From assembly GCA_030390025.1 (NCBI GenBank), contig CM059432.1:79982001-80046000 (forward strand): 64,000 nt of DNA, read 5' to 3'. Position numbers and translations under genes: made by a program. This document shows, piece after piece, positions 1 through 12,226 of the stretch. A model generated the notes under the pieces. That model was given only the letters and a program-made list of their open reading frames with translations, had not been told where the DNA came from and did no database searches. This DNA is from Squalus acanthias (taxonomy: Eukaryota). Positions within the stretch are counted from its first letter, which is position 1, and each line of letters starts with the position of its first letter.

Positions 1-972
1 TTTCTTATTAAATCTGTACAAATAACAAATCGCTGTCTCAAATTCTAAGGACATAAGTGGCTGACTGCTTGATTACTAAACTTATTTCATATTTATGAAT
101 TATTGGCTTAATTTTTTTTTTTATCAGAACATCAAATAAAACACAAGAAATAAGAGCAATGATTATGAAGCATCGATGTCATGTGCAGGCAGTGCTAACG
201 GTTTCCACACAGATGGCTGAAATGATGATGTACAAGTGGGAGTGGTCCACTTCATGCATCTCCAACATATTGTGGTAAATTTCCCACAATCTGCAAAACA
301 CCCTAAAGACCTAGACAGCCTGGGAGATTTCTGCAACATCAAGATACCAGGGAGAGCTCCTCGGGACAATGGTGGCTTCCAGAGTTGCCTTGAGAGTCGG
401 CCTGGATACCACAATTGCATAAGGCTTCCAAGACTTGGTTGGGAACATTTGGTCTGTAATGACAATGACCAGTAGCACATTTGAGCCTGTGCCCAGCACC
501 AATGGTGGCAGTGAGCCTGCTGCCCTAAGGCCCCTCCAATGACTTCAGGAGGAAGCTTCAGACATGTAATACAGGCATGCAAAACTTGAACATTTCCTCA
601 AATCACATGTGCTCCAATAGTTAATGTTGATACCTGTTTCTATATAAATGATTCAACTGGTGGAGCAAATTCCAAGATGATGAGGAAACCAACTTTTTTA
701 ACTCCCTCTAAAATAGCTAGCATTCTATATTCAATTTAGTATATTTGCTATTATTTCCAAATCCATCAATAACCCTTTAAAAACTTACTTTTTGCAAAAA
801 TTGCGAGACCAATAAATAAAACTAAATGATCTTCACTGCAGAATTTGGACAGCATTTGGATATTACAATATACCAGTTTCTCATGTCATTACACTTAACA
901 GTGCACAATAAACAGAAATAAAAGCTTTCAGAATGAATAAACAGATCTATTATGTTTTGTCATCAGACTTAC

Positions 973-1174
973 AGCTCAATTCCTTGTTCTATGATTTCTT
1001 TTTGCTGCTTCAAAACCTCATATTGTTCTGGGTTGTCTGCACCAGACGTCTGAGTGCTATAGCTGCCAATCCCCGATGATGCTGTGGAATCCAAGGAATT
1101 TATACTCCCATATCGATTTATTGTGTCAGGGTACTTATTTTCATTGTTGTCTTGTTCTGAAGTTTTTTCTTGGC
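973..1174 (-). CDS. ARFGEF1: ARFGEF1 exon 14 (202 nt, GQEKTSEQ...[25 protein letters not shown]...[16 protein letters not shown]; entry into Sec7 domain)
   Basis: ORF 969..1184. [25 protein letters not shown] points to BIG1 rather than BIG2; atgtag acceptor, gtaagt donor. Confidence 0.97.
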
Positions 1175-3338
1175 CTACATCCATACAAGATTGTAAAAGA
1201 GTTTGGAAATGAGCTACTTTAAAAAAAAAAATACAAGTATCGAGAGTCAGCCTTTCACAAAAAGCAACAAAACACAGTACTGATCTACTCCGCAGTCTGT
1301 GGGTTATTTGGATTGTTACTGTTCACTTGATTTTTTTTTTGAAAGCAGCTTTTATTATTGAGTAATTTTATTTTGTTTTCATATGGGACTTTGGAAGAGA
1401 TACAGACTTTCTGTAAATTCTCAATTCCAATCCATAATCCGATTCTAGAAGGTCAAATCATTCCCTTTTCTTCATGATGGAATGTATGGATTCAGCTGCA
1501 AGCTGGGGGAAAAAACCTCAACTAAAGCGAAAGTAGCTATAGGGCTCAACATCTTCACCTGCTTGAGTCAGCAGCTCAAAAAGTTGAATCAGGAGTTCAA
1601 AAAAGAATGCTATTAAACAATCACCCACAAGACTTTTTCATAATGATATGCATGCAGACAATTACAATTACATAGCTGCAAAGTGGTGTCTTTGAAATTA
1701 TTAGGAAATTAGAGAAATTGTGGCAAGTGTCTAGGTATCTCGAGAATATTTATTTAAAAATACGAGTCAAAGTTTTAAACCTAAAACAAAATTTTTTTTT
1801 TTTTTAAATTACAGGTGGTGAGAATATTCAGTTTTAAATTTCAGCCAGTAGATTGTGGGAATTCTAGATTGTATGCTACTCCATAATAGTAGGTTTCACC
1901 CAAAAAAAGTTTGTTCAAGAGAAAAATACAAGTTCAGAAAATAAGTGATTGTATTAGTACAAAAACAGATGCATATAAAAGTACACAAAAGAAAAAAAAT
2001 CTATTTCACAATTCAGATCAATCTTAAATCATTGTTTTAAGAAATTTGGGATATTCTCTGTTAACCTGTAAATCCGCTCTTTTTTGGGACAATACAATGG
2101 ACTAGTCCTTCAAACTAAAAGTGCCCGAAAAAAATATTGTGCATACATTGCAATACATACATGGTTTACCATCTACATTCTACTAGATCAGCTATTAGAA
2201 TTCTAGAGTCAATAACAGTATATAAAACTAAAAAAAACAACTAAAATCTACATTTGAATCCATTAACATGTGAAACACTCATATACATCACTAATCCTAT
2301 TAAAGAGGTCCAAACTAATAAACAGCTGCATTTTTACATACCTGTCCTTCCTGATTAAGACAGCCATTAAGGAATAGTAAAATATGGATGTCATATTAAA
2401 AACTAAACAATTTTAACTGAGTAATTAGGTATGGATTTATATTAAGAGTGGTAAATGTTTACTGCAATCAATGGGGAAAGCACAAACCACATTTTGCATC
2501 TTAAATAGTTACTCCTGAAAATTCAGGCATGAAAGAAAAAATATAACAAAAACAAACTATCTTGTGAGAATACACTTATTTTTTTGTTTTCAGCAATGAG
2601 AGAGATATTATATTCAGGATCCCATGTTAGCAACAAGTACACCCAGCATAGCTAAATGCAAAGTATAGCTACCTCTGCTTTAGCCCAATGCAAGAAGAGC
2701 ATCCCTACTGAACTAGTATCCCACAATCGTCAGACCTTTGTCATTAACAAATGAAGGCAGTTTTGTTCTGGCGTCCATGCCCACCAGGAGCTGGATTGAA
2801 ACTGACCAAAGTAATTTCATATTGGACCTTTTCAACTAGGTCCCAGAAGTGAAAGGCCAGTGTCCACCCACTGCACTGCCCAGATCCTCTAACCCGCCCA
2901 CTTTCACATTTAACTCAGGAGGGAAGGGCGGGGGGGGAGAAAGAGGGCGGGCTGCCAACCAGCTGCCAGGTTGGCAATTTACATATTATAATGAGGCCTG
3001 AAGCCTCTACTTTAACCTGTTTTGCAGGTTTTACTGCAGGCGGCAGGGATCCCAGTGCTCGAGATTCCCGGTGGCTGCAACGAGGCAGCCTCAGCCTCAG
3101 GGAGCAATGCTTGCGGGCCGGGAGGAGCAGGAGTGCTTCCTCCCGGCCCCCCAAGCTCCCCCATCATCAGCTTGGCCGCCCACAGGGTCAGGGTTCAGAG
3201 GGACCTGGGTGTCCTTGTACATGAATCACTGAAAGTTAACATGTAAGTACAGCAATTTGGAAAGCAAATTGTATGTTAGCCTTTATTACAAAGGGATTAG
3301 AGTACAAGAGTAAAGAAGTCTTACTACAATTATATAGG

Positions 3339-3631
3339 ATAGCAAAATACTGCGGATGCTGGAAATCTGAAATAACAACAGAAAACGCTGGAAAAACTCA
3401 GCAGGCCAGGCAGCATCCGTGGAGAGAGAAAGAGAGTTAACGTTTCAGGTCGATGACCTTTCGTCAGAACTGTGAAGAGCCGGAAATCAAATAGAACTCT
3501 GGCCTTAAATCTATTTGATTTCCGGCTCTTCACAGTCATCTTCAGGTCATCGACCTGAAACGTTAACTCTCTTTCTCTCTCCACGGATGCTGCCTGGCCT
3601 GCTGAGTTTTTCCAGTGTTTTCTGTTGTTAT
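3339..3631 (-). mobile_element. Penelope-like terminal-repeat insertion in fold-back configuration with a 14-bp TSD
   Basis: TSD tacaattatatagg at 3325-3338 and 3632-3645; 89-bp inverted arms 3371-3459 / 3544-3632 with one mismatch; contains a hammerhead motif. Confidence 0.8.
3435..3471 (-). ncRNA. Minimal type I hammerhead ribozyme motif (Penelope-type)
   Basis: Minus strand AGUU-CUGACGA-A-AGGUC(AUC)GACCU-GAAA-CGUU-AACU: core CUGANGA and GAAA, stems I and II paired, palindromic AACGUU stem III. Confidence 0.75.
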
Positions 3632-4287
3632 TACAATTATATAGGGCCTTGCTGAGAACACACCTGGAGTACTGTGTAGTTTTGGTCTCCTTACGTAAGG
3701 AAGGATATACTTGCCTTAGAGGGAGTATAACATAGGTTTACTAGACTGATTCCTGGGATGAGGGGATTGTCCTCTGAGGAGAAATTGAGTAGGCTATGCC
3801 AATATTCTCTAGAGTTTAGAAGAAGAAAAGGTGATCTCATTGAAACATATAAAATTCTTCAGTGTCTTGACAGGGTAGATGCTGAGGGATGTTTCCCCTG
3901 GCTGGGGAGTCTAGAACTAGGGGTCACAGTCTCAGAATAAGGGGTCGGCCATTTAGGACTGAGATGAGGAGATATTTCTTCAATCAAAGGGTTATGAATC
4001 TTTGGAATTCTCTACCCCTTAGAGCTGTGGATGCTCAATCGTTGAGTATATTTAAGACAGAGATCGAGAGATTTTTGAACTCGAAGGGAATCAAGGGATC
4101 TGGGGATAGTGTGGGAAGGTGGAGTTGAGGTAGATCATCAGCCAGGATCTTGTTGATTGGCGGAGCAGACTCAAAGGGCCAAATTGCCTACTCCCACTCC
4201 TATTTCTTATGTTATGTTCTTCTTAATAACCATTTTGAATGTCAAGTAAGTTTCTCAAAGGGAGAAAAGCAGGTGAATATGTGGAAC

Positions 4288-6940
4288 GTGTGGGGTATCC
4301 TAACTCGCACCAAGTCCTGTTCACACTGTGCTCACCAATCTACATCGGCTCCCAATCCACAAATGTCTCAGTTTTAAAATTCTTATCCTCATGTTCAAAT
4401 CCCTTCAGGGCCTCGCTCTCTCTATCTCTGTAACCTCTTCCAACCCTACACCCCTCAGAGAACTCTGCGTTTCTCCAACTCTGCAGTCAGACAACAACCT
4501 GAATTTATATAGCGCCTTTAACATCGTGAAACATCCCAAGGCGCTTTACAGGACCTTTATTAGACAAAAAAAATTGACACCAAGCCAAAGGAGGAGACAT
4601 TGTGACAGCAGACCAAAAGCTTGATCAAAGAGGTAGTTTTTAAGGAGTGTCTTAAAGGAGGAGTGGTGGAGCGGAAGAAATTCCAGAGATTAGAACCCAG
4701 ATGGTTGAAGGCACGGCCACAAATGGTGGAGCAAAGGAAACGCGGGACTCACAAGAGGCCATAGTTGGAAGAAGTTAGAGATTGGGAGGGGCAATGCCAT
4801 GGAATGATTTGAACACAAGGATGAGAATTTTAAATTCCAGGCGTTGGTGGATCGGGGGCCAATGTAGGTCAGTGTGCACAGGTGAGATAGGTGAACGGGA
4901 CTGGTGCAAGTTAAAATACAGGCAGCAGAGTTTTGGAAGAACAAATGGATATCAAGTCGAAGGAGATTAGGACGGCTGATCAAAAGGGTGGGTTTTAAGG
5001 AGGGTCTTAAAAGAGGAGAGAAAGGTGGAGGAGTTTAGAGAGGGAATTTCACAGAGTGAGAACTAGGAGGTTGCAGGCACAGGTACCTATTGTAGGGATA
5101 AGGGAGGGGGATGCACAGGAGCTGTAATCAGAGGAAGGGGTGGGTGGGGGTGGGTGCATTTGTTGGATTGGAAGAAGTTAGAGATAGGGAAGGGACTGGC
5201 TGAAGTTTACAGAGGGTGAAGGATAGGAGGCCAGGCAGGAGACCACTGGAGTGGTCGAACCCGGAGGCAACAAATGCATGAAGGTTTCAGCAGCAGATGG
5301 GCAAAAGTAAAGACAAGATAAGGGTGACGTTACAGAAGTAGCAGTAGGCAGACTTTGTAATGGAGAGGATATGTGGTTGGAAGCTCACCTTGGGGTCAAA
5401 TCGGATGCCGAGCTTATGAATAGTCTAGTTCAGCCGAAGGCAGGGGCCAGGGAGCGGAACAGAGTCGGTGGTAAAGGTATGGTGTTTGTGGCAAGAGTCA
5501 AAAACGATGGGCCAAATCTTGCTGGAAAATAATGATGCATTAACAATACACACCGTTATTAATGCGCAAATCGGCCAGCAAATTCAGGGGATTGAGAGAT
5601 ACGCCATGAGTTGCGAATCTCCAGAACTTGCTGGTCAATTTACGTCGCTCCACCATTTGCTTTGTACAAACGGCATCTCACCCTTAGCCTCCCTGTTACT
5701 TTTAAGAACGTGCTGGATTTACACATTAATTGCCCATTAATATTGCCACAGAAAGTTGGGGCTGGAACTTAACAGCGCAAGTACCTTTTTAACGAACTGA
5801 TAATTGTTAATGCAATGCCAATCAAACTCTCTGGCCCAGAAAGGGATCAATTTAAACGGTTCAATCTCATTCCTGCATTTAAATTTTTGTCAAGAGATTT
5901 TAAAAATGTTAAATTTTCATTTTTTTCTTACTTTTACTTTGTGTATCCTTTCTCTCTCTCGTAAAGCAATCCTTCTTTCCCTCTACTTCTCTTTCTGTAT
6001 CTGATTTGACTCTAATTCACCCTCTTCTCTGTCGTTTCTTTCTCAATCCTTAAATCTCATTGGTTAAGGAGTTACACCGTTGGTCCCGCCATTTACTACG
6101 GTCCCAGATGCCCCGCTGCCCTCACCACGCAGCTATAAGCTCGCACTTCCAGTAAGTTACAGCGTAAAACATTTTGAGCTGAAGTGTGCAGGAAAAAGGG
6201 CATACACCACGGGATGCTCCAGGAAGATCTGGCCCGATGGCTTTGGTCTTCCCAATGTTTAGCTGGAGGAAAATGCAGTTCACCCATGACTGAATGTCAG
6301 ACAAGCAGTTTGATAGCGTGAAGACAGTGGAGGGTTCAAGAGCGGTGGAGGGGAGGTAGTGCTGGATGTCATCAGTGCATACATGGAACCCGACCCCAAG
6401 TCTACGGATGAAATCACCAAGGGGCAACATGCAGATAAGGAAGAGGAAGGGGCCAAGGATAGATCTTTGGGTGACTCCCGAGCTGTAGGGTTGGAAGAAA
6501 AGCCATGGGTAGAGATGGCCTGGCTAGTATCAGTTGTACAACTCGGTGGGGCAAGCAATGGTAGCCCCAACGAGTTGTACAACTGAGGAGAGGTCTTGGA
6601 GGAGCATGGTGTGTTAATGGAGCATCAACCATGTCAAAGGCTGCAGAGAGGAAGAATACAAGGAGGAATAATGCATCAAGATCACAATAAGATGGAATGT
6701 CATTCATGACTTTGGTTAGGGGCATCATGGTGCTGTGGGGAGGAGCAGAAACCTGACTGGACAAATTCAAATTGAAAGTTGCAGGAGGGATGGGCAGAGA
6801 TTTGGAGGCTACAATACGTTCAATAAGTATGCCGAGGAAAGGACGTTGTTGATGGGGCAGCCGTTTACAAAGTAGAGGGGTTGATAGTGTTTTTGAGAAT
6901 GGAACGGGGAAGTGCCTGAGGAGAGAGAACCAATTACAAT
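4288..6940. mobile_element. Cluster of L2-type LINE fragments (about 4288-4484 on +; 4490-4982 and 4983-6940 on -)
   Basis: Degenerate LHxLP...FKIL and SxCLSDIQSW...FLQLNIGKTKAI segments; caacaac...tttatatagcgcct 3' tail at about 4490. Confidence 0.8.
5509..6235. mobile_element. Harbinger-like MITE (family B) inserted in an L2
   Basis: TIRs gggccaaatcttgctgga / tccaggaagatctggccc; perfect 3-bp TSD GAT; the host L2 sequence rejoins across the insertion. Confidence 0.8.
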
Positions 6941-7902
6941 TGAAAATGGCTCTTCACACTTGAAGGCCTGAAGACCCTTGTCAGGAGCACATTATCTTGA
7001 GGTCAATGCAGAAAATGCCCTCTTCTAGTAATGATGAACTAGAAAAAGCAGCAGCATTACTATAAAAAAGCACCGTTTTAAATAGGGATAACATCAACTA
7101 AAGTCAACACCAATGTATATCTGTGGTATCCAAAGCAAAAAGTAAAACAACAAAACCAAACCCTGACATTACAATCAAATGTGAGGATTTATTCACCAAG
7201 CATATTACTGCAAGGTTGGAAATCAAAAGCCAATGGAGACTGTGTGCAGTGTACATACAGGAATCACTAAAAGCTGATATGCTGTGTTCACATGAGAAGA
7301 AGAATTAAGAAAATGTCTTGTTCTCGTGCTTTTGCAATCAGGCAAAGCCACTTACATATCTGTGAAACACTTGATCTGAAGGAGAAAATTAAATGGCATT
7401 TATAATAGCCTTTGGCACAATCACCATCATACAGTATTTTTCAGTAACTATGATTTATTTTAAGCTTGCAAAGTCCTTAAATCTGTTCACACAGCAGTGC
7501 AATATAATATGTGGTATCAGATAATTAAATTCAGTCTTGCTGCTCAATTTCAACTTCCTCTAAATAACATTTTAAGTCTGAAATGTCAGAACGTGTATCT
7601 AAGTAACTTTTGCTTTCTTTGTATATGAACTTTGTTGAAAGGATGTAACATATTAAATTCTGAATGAATTTAATATAAAGGTAAAAACATAATGGACTTC
7701 AATAAATGTTTTCCTGAATTCAACTCCAAAATTCATACAAATTGTTAAATTCTAATTAACACGTGGTATCTAGATTGGATATTTACCTTATTTTGTGCAA
7801 CAGGTTGATCCAATATCATCTACTAACCTGTACCACAAATGCATGTAGATTTTAAGAAACAAATTAAAAGTCAACTGACAGAATAAAGCAAAAATATCCT
7901 AC

Positions 7903-8011
7903 CAAGACTGGTCTGAGAGTTTGGATTCACGTACAGATCCTTACTCCACTCCACCATACACTTCAAAATTGAGACCAAGCACTCCAAGCCCTTCTTCCTA
8001 AGGCTGAGCTC
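7903..8011 (-). CDS. ARFGEF1: ARFGEF1 exon 13 (109 nt, [36 protein letters not shown])
   Basis: Matches BIG1; ttttaag acceptor, gtagga donor. Confidence 0.96.
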
Positions 8012-8169
8012 CTTAAAAAAAACACAATTTGGATGTTTATCAGATTCTGACTGAGTAAATCAAGGCTTTACATTTTGAATCAACATGTAGTTTATGGAGA
8101 AAGCAGAGAGATTTCCTGTGTGCCATAAGTAACTCATTTATAAAGAACATATTTATGATTTCTCTACAT

Positions 8170-8970
8170 ATTTTTCCTCCTGCCCCCACAGGGCCACTTC
8201 ATGAATGCCTCACGGTTCCATCCTTGACCGTCTTGGATTCCTCATTTACATGATGCCCCTCTGTGACATCATCTGGAGAAAAGAAGCTATGTGCGCTGAT
8301 GGCATCCAGTTCCATTTCTCTGCTATGACGCCATGACTGTGCTGCCTAACGGCTAGCCCTGGATGAGGCAGAACTGTCTCCAACTTAACATTGGCAAAAT
8401 TGACTACATTATCTGCGGCTCCTACCAAAAACTCTGCACCATAGCTTGATTCCATTCCCCTCTTCAGTTGCCTTTCGAGGCTGAACCTGACGGTGCGCAA
8501 CTTCAGTATTTCGTGTGGCCCTGAATCATCCATCACCTATTTTCACTTCCATAACTTCATCTCCAACACTGCTGAAACCCTCATCCATACCTTTGTCACT
8601 TTCAGGCTGAAGTTCTCCAACGCCCTCCTTGTTGGCCTCCGAGATCCATCTTGGAGAAACTCAAAGTCATCCAAAACTCCACCTGCAATGTCTCACTGCC
8701 CATCTCACCTGCCATAACCATCATCAATTGGCTACCCTTCCCACAACACACAATTAAAAACTCATCCTGGTTTTCAAATTCCTCCATTGCCTTACCCCAG
8801 CCTACCTCTGCAACCACCTTCAGCCATATGTGCTAGTGTGCGCCTTCTGCATCCAGAGTCTGGCCTCCTTTGTATCGCCCTCTCCCTCTACTCCACTGCC
8901 CCTAGCACTGCCGTCAGCCATATTGACCTTAAACATTAAAGGCACCATATAAAGTTTTTGTTGTTACACT
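8170..8970 (+). mobile_element. Old L2-type LINE 3' fragment
   Basis: AETLIHTFVTFRLKFSNALLVGL and KLKVIQN...INWLP remnants. Confidence 0.75.
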
Positions 8971-9858
8971 GAACACAGTGGAAATCTCCCCACGCAATAT
9001 CTAATTAGTAAAAGCAGTAAAAAAAAAACTTCACAAAATCTTTACATTCTACTACTGAAAGCATTTGGTCAAATTGTTAACCTGAACTTTGTGTCACAAA
9101 TGTGCTTTACATAAACAAACATGTCAAATATTTTGGGGAAAAAAGTTACCACCTCTTATCCCACCATATTAAGATTATACCTTTTTATCTTTCATAAAAA
9201 TTCTGCACTGGTTCTTAACCCAATCTCATCAGTTGGGAAACAGAATTTAATTCCTGTGGGGTGGCTTTGTCCTGGTACATCTGCACCTGGTATACTAAGT
9301 GGAGTCCACCAAGATGATGCATATTCAGATGCAATCTTTGCCATTGCAGGAGGCTGCTTATTATGCATATTGCTCCATATTTAACTGCTTGCAGATAGAA
9401 GAAGAAAGCCTGTAAAATTCAAAGCTGTTGATCTGCTGAGACTTGAAGCAAAAGCTCCATAGCTAAGACTTCCATATTTAGGACCCAGGGTACCCCAGAG
9501 TTAAGTGTAAAAAACCTTTGAATAGTTTTCCAAGGAGATCGTAGGAACAATGGCTGACACTTTTTTGAAGAAATAAGAACATGCGCTCAGAGATGCTAGA
9601 GAAATTAGCATCACAGGTCCAAGCCAGGATCAATGGATGTGTCTACAGGGCGCCAACCAATGTTGAAAATTTTATCTCCATATGCCAACGGGAACTACAC
9701 CAGTGTTGGTTATCAAGTTCAGGCAGGCTCGCAAAGACTGCTACCAATCAGCTTAAAACTGTACCAATGGAGTTCCCACCAGAATGTAGGACTCAGACCT
9801 AGCTAGGACCAAGCTAACTCCAGTATGTAGAAATTCTAATGAAGCTAATTTACATAAT

Positions 9859-10390
9859 GGCCCATTTTTTCCGATCCCTACGGGTGTATACACACCCGTA
9901 GCGACCTCGCAAATGCCGGTTTTAGGCATGCAAAGCGCATGCGCTGAAAACCGGCATTTCCGATCTGTCAAGAATCCTCTTGACAGATCAGACGCCTGCC
10001 CTGGAGAAGGGCCTCTGCGGGTGGAGAGTTCCGCTTTCTGCAGAACCTCCGCCGCTAAAATCTCTTTAAAATCTTACACCTGGTAAAAGCAGGCGTAAGG
10101 CCTGCTTTTACCAGCATAAGAGTTTAAAAAAGTAATCCCCACTCATTTATAATTTTTAAATACTTTTAGAAAAGGTAAGTTTATTTTTAGCCCCATAAAA
10201 AACTTAAATTTGACAGGTCTAGCTTGCGAACCACATGCGCCCCTGGGATACGTGGGCCCTGCGCATTTCGTCGTGGAGAGGCCCAGGATCGGAAATGGCC
10301 GGACCTCGGGAGCCCTCAGGTAAGGGCGTAGATTTTTTCCCGATAGGAGGCATCCGCATGCAGGAAGCCTCCCATTGGAAATTACGGGCC
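9859..10390. mobile_element. Harbinger-like MITE (family A)
   Basis: TIRs ggcccattttttccgat / attggaaattacgggcc; perfect TSD AAT; internal sequence shared with 45725-46462. Confidence 0.8.
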
Positions 10391-10463
10391 AATGTTTCTA
10401 TGTCCCACTGTCATGCAGTCGCCATTAGTTTCATGTTTATATAGATAGTATGTTTCACAGTAC

Positions 10464-10603
10464 CTGCACAGGTGTCATCCCCAGTTCATGACCACCCCGT
10501 CCTTGGGCTATCTTAGACAAGTCATTAACCAATCTTTCAAAGATGTTAGCAGCATTTAAGTCACAATCGTAATTGACATAAATGTCCACCACGCTTTGAG
10601 CAT
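10464..10603 (-). CDS. ARFGEF1: ARFGEF1 exon 12 (140 nt, [50 protein letters not shown] box YVNYDCD)
   Basis: Contains the HUS-box motif; cttacag acceptor, gtactg donor; separated from exon 11 by a 99-nt intron. Confidence 0.97.
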
Positions 10604-10646
10604 CTGTAAGTTCAATCAAGATGAATTCAAATGATTAAAAAGTTTA

Positions 10647-10802
<156 letters not shown>

Positions 10803-11413
10803 CTAAAAGAATAAAAACATGCAAGGAAATTGTTAATAGGTTACAGTATTGACATCAAACCAAATCCTGGCTGAAGTTTTCAGTGACCTTTATATACTCT
10901 GCAACAATAATACTTAAGGTTTTAATTCTGAACCTTGAAAGCAATCCAAATATCAGATGCTATTAATGTAAGAGGATGCTAGTAGACAACCTGGATTATC
11001 CACAGTCAGTAACTAATCTAAGCCTCAGCAGTGGGAAGAAGGAAGAGGAAGGAAAATAAGTAACAGCCAGTTTTGTTCTAGGTTGGTTGAGCTCTCTTAG
11101 CTGGATCTGGTGTGTGGTGCAAGAAAAGAGGAAGGAGAGGGAAACAAACAAAGGAAATAGCACCCTCAAAAACAGATGCAAATTTTTGTATTCAACTTCC
11201 CAGACAAAACTTGGGTAACCAAACCAATTAAAGTCCTACCTTGCTAATGTAGTTCATGTTATATGGTGCAATAGCCTGAGTTATGTGATATTTATATAAC
11301 ATGCTACGTTTTTCAAAATCACTTAAGCATAAGAGAGTGTGCCAAGGTCAAATTGTTAGTCTACTAGGAGTTAATAAGCTCACATTATAGAACTGCAGAA
11401 TTTAATACTTTAC

Positions 11414-11648
11414 CTCAATCTGCATCTTAAGATGAGTCTTGAAGTTTGACAAGAGAGTGAGGAAGATGGAAAGCGACAACTCAAATACTTCTGGTACTGA
11501 AGAGACACCATTTTTTGATAATGCCACACAAAGATACTGTTTTATTGCATTGATGAACATCTCATTTGTTCGAAAGATCGGTCCAGCATTTTGCAGAATC
11601 GATAGAAGAAGCTGTAGTGAAAGGATCTTTGACCGCAATTCATGAGAC
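11414..11648 (-). CDS. ARFGEF1: ARFGEF1 exon 10 (235 nt, [31 protein letters not shown]...[10 protein letters not shown])
   Basis: Within ORF 11402..11746; ccag acceptor, gtaaag donor. Confidence 0.98.
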
Positions 11649-11964
11649 CTGGAAGAAATGTTGGTAAAACTGAAATTGAGAAAACTTTTTTTTTGAAAGG
11701 CATGGAGTGAAAATGCGAACCTCTTCAAATTTGCATAAATTGGCATATCTATTATATCACAACAATTTTTAATGCAACTAGTGTTTGAAAAAGCTGCGAT
11801 TAGAACCCTATATAAAAACTAGATAGAAGGATTGGAGGTTTGGTCCAAAACAAGTACACACTGAAGACTACTGGTCCAGATACTGTAAATACTATCCAAT
11901 CTTTTCTCAAAAAAATCCTTTTGATTATATTGATCATATTCATAATCATTACCTTTTTCTGAGG

Positions 11965-12226
11965 CACTTGGGAACATCACCTCCAAGTTACCCTCCAAGC
12001 CTCACACCATCCTGACTTGGAAATATATTGCTGTTCCTTCATCGTCGCTAGGTCAAAATCCTGGAACTCCCCACCTAACAGCACTGTGGGAGTACCTTCA
12101 CCATACAGACTGCAGCAGTTGAAGGCGGTGGCTCACTACCACTTTCTCAAGGGCAACTGGGGATGGGCAATAAATGCTGGCCTTGCTAGCAACACCCATA
12201 TCCCAAGAATGAATTTAAATAAAAAC
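11965..12226 (+). mobile_element. 3' fragment of a third LINE family (same as 35965-37115 and 41955-43362)
   Basis: KSWNSPPNSTVGVPSP...HFLKGN followed by the gggatgggcaataaatgctggccttgc tail. Confidence 0.8.

Larger units (their letters stand above)
3190..4222 (+). mobile_element. CR1-type LINE 3' fragment, split by a Penelope-like insertion
   Basis: VQRDLGVLVHESL...HLEYC...GDLIETYKIL...FFNQRVMNLWNSLP with frameshifts; CR1-type 3' UTR and ttcttatg-like tail. Confidence 0.9.

Noticed and set aside
2895..3185. GC-rich block as a CpG island or promoter, with short ORFs
   Set aside because: Short, abuts a CR1 fragment and resembles the GC-rich subterminal parts of the MITEs; no TIR pair or other support found.
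3544..3570. Plus-strand hammerhead in the inverted arm
   Set aside because: It has stem II and GAAACGUU but lacks the CUGANGA core (preceded by gtcatcttc).
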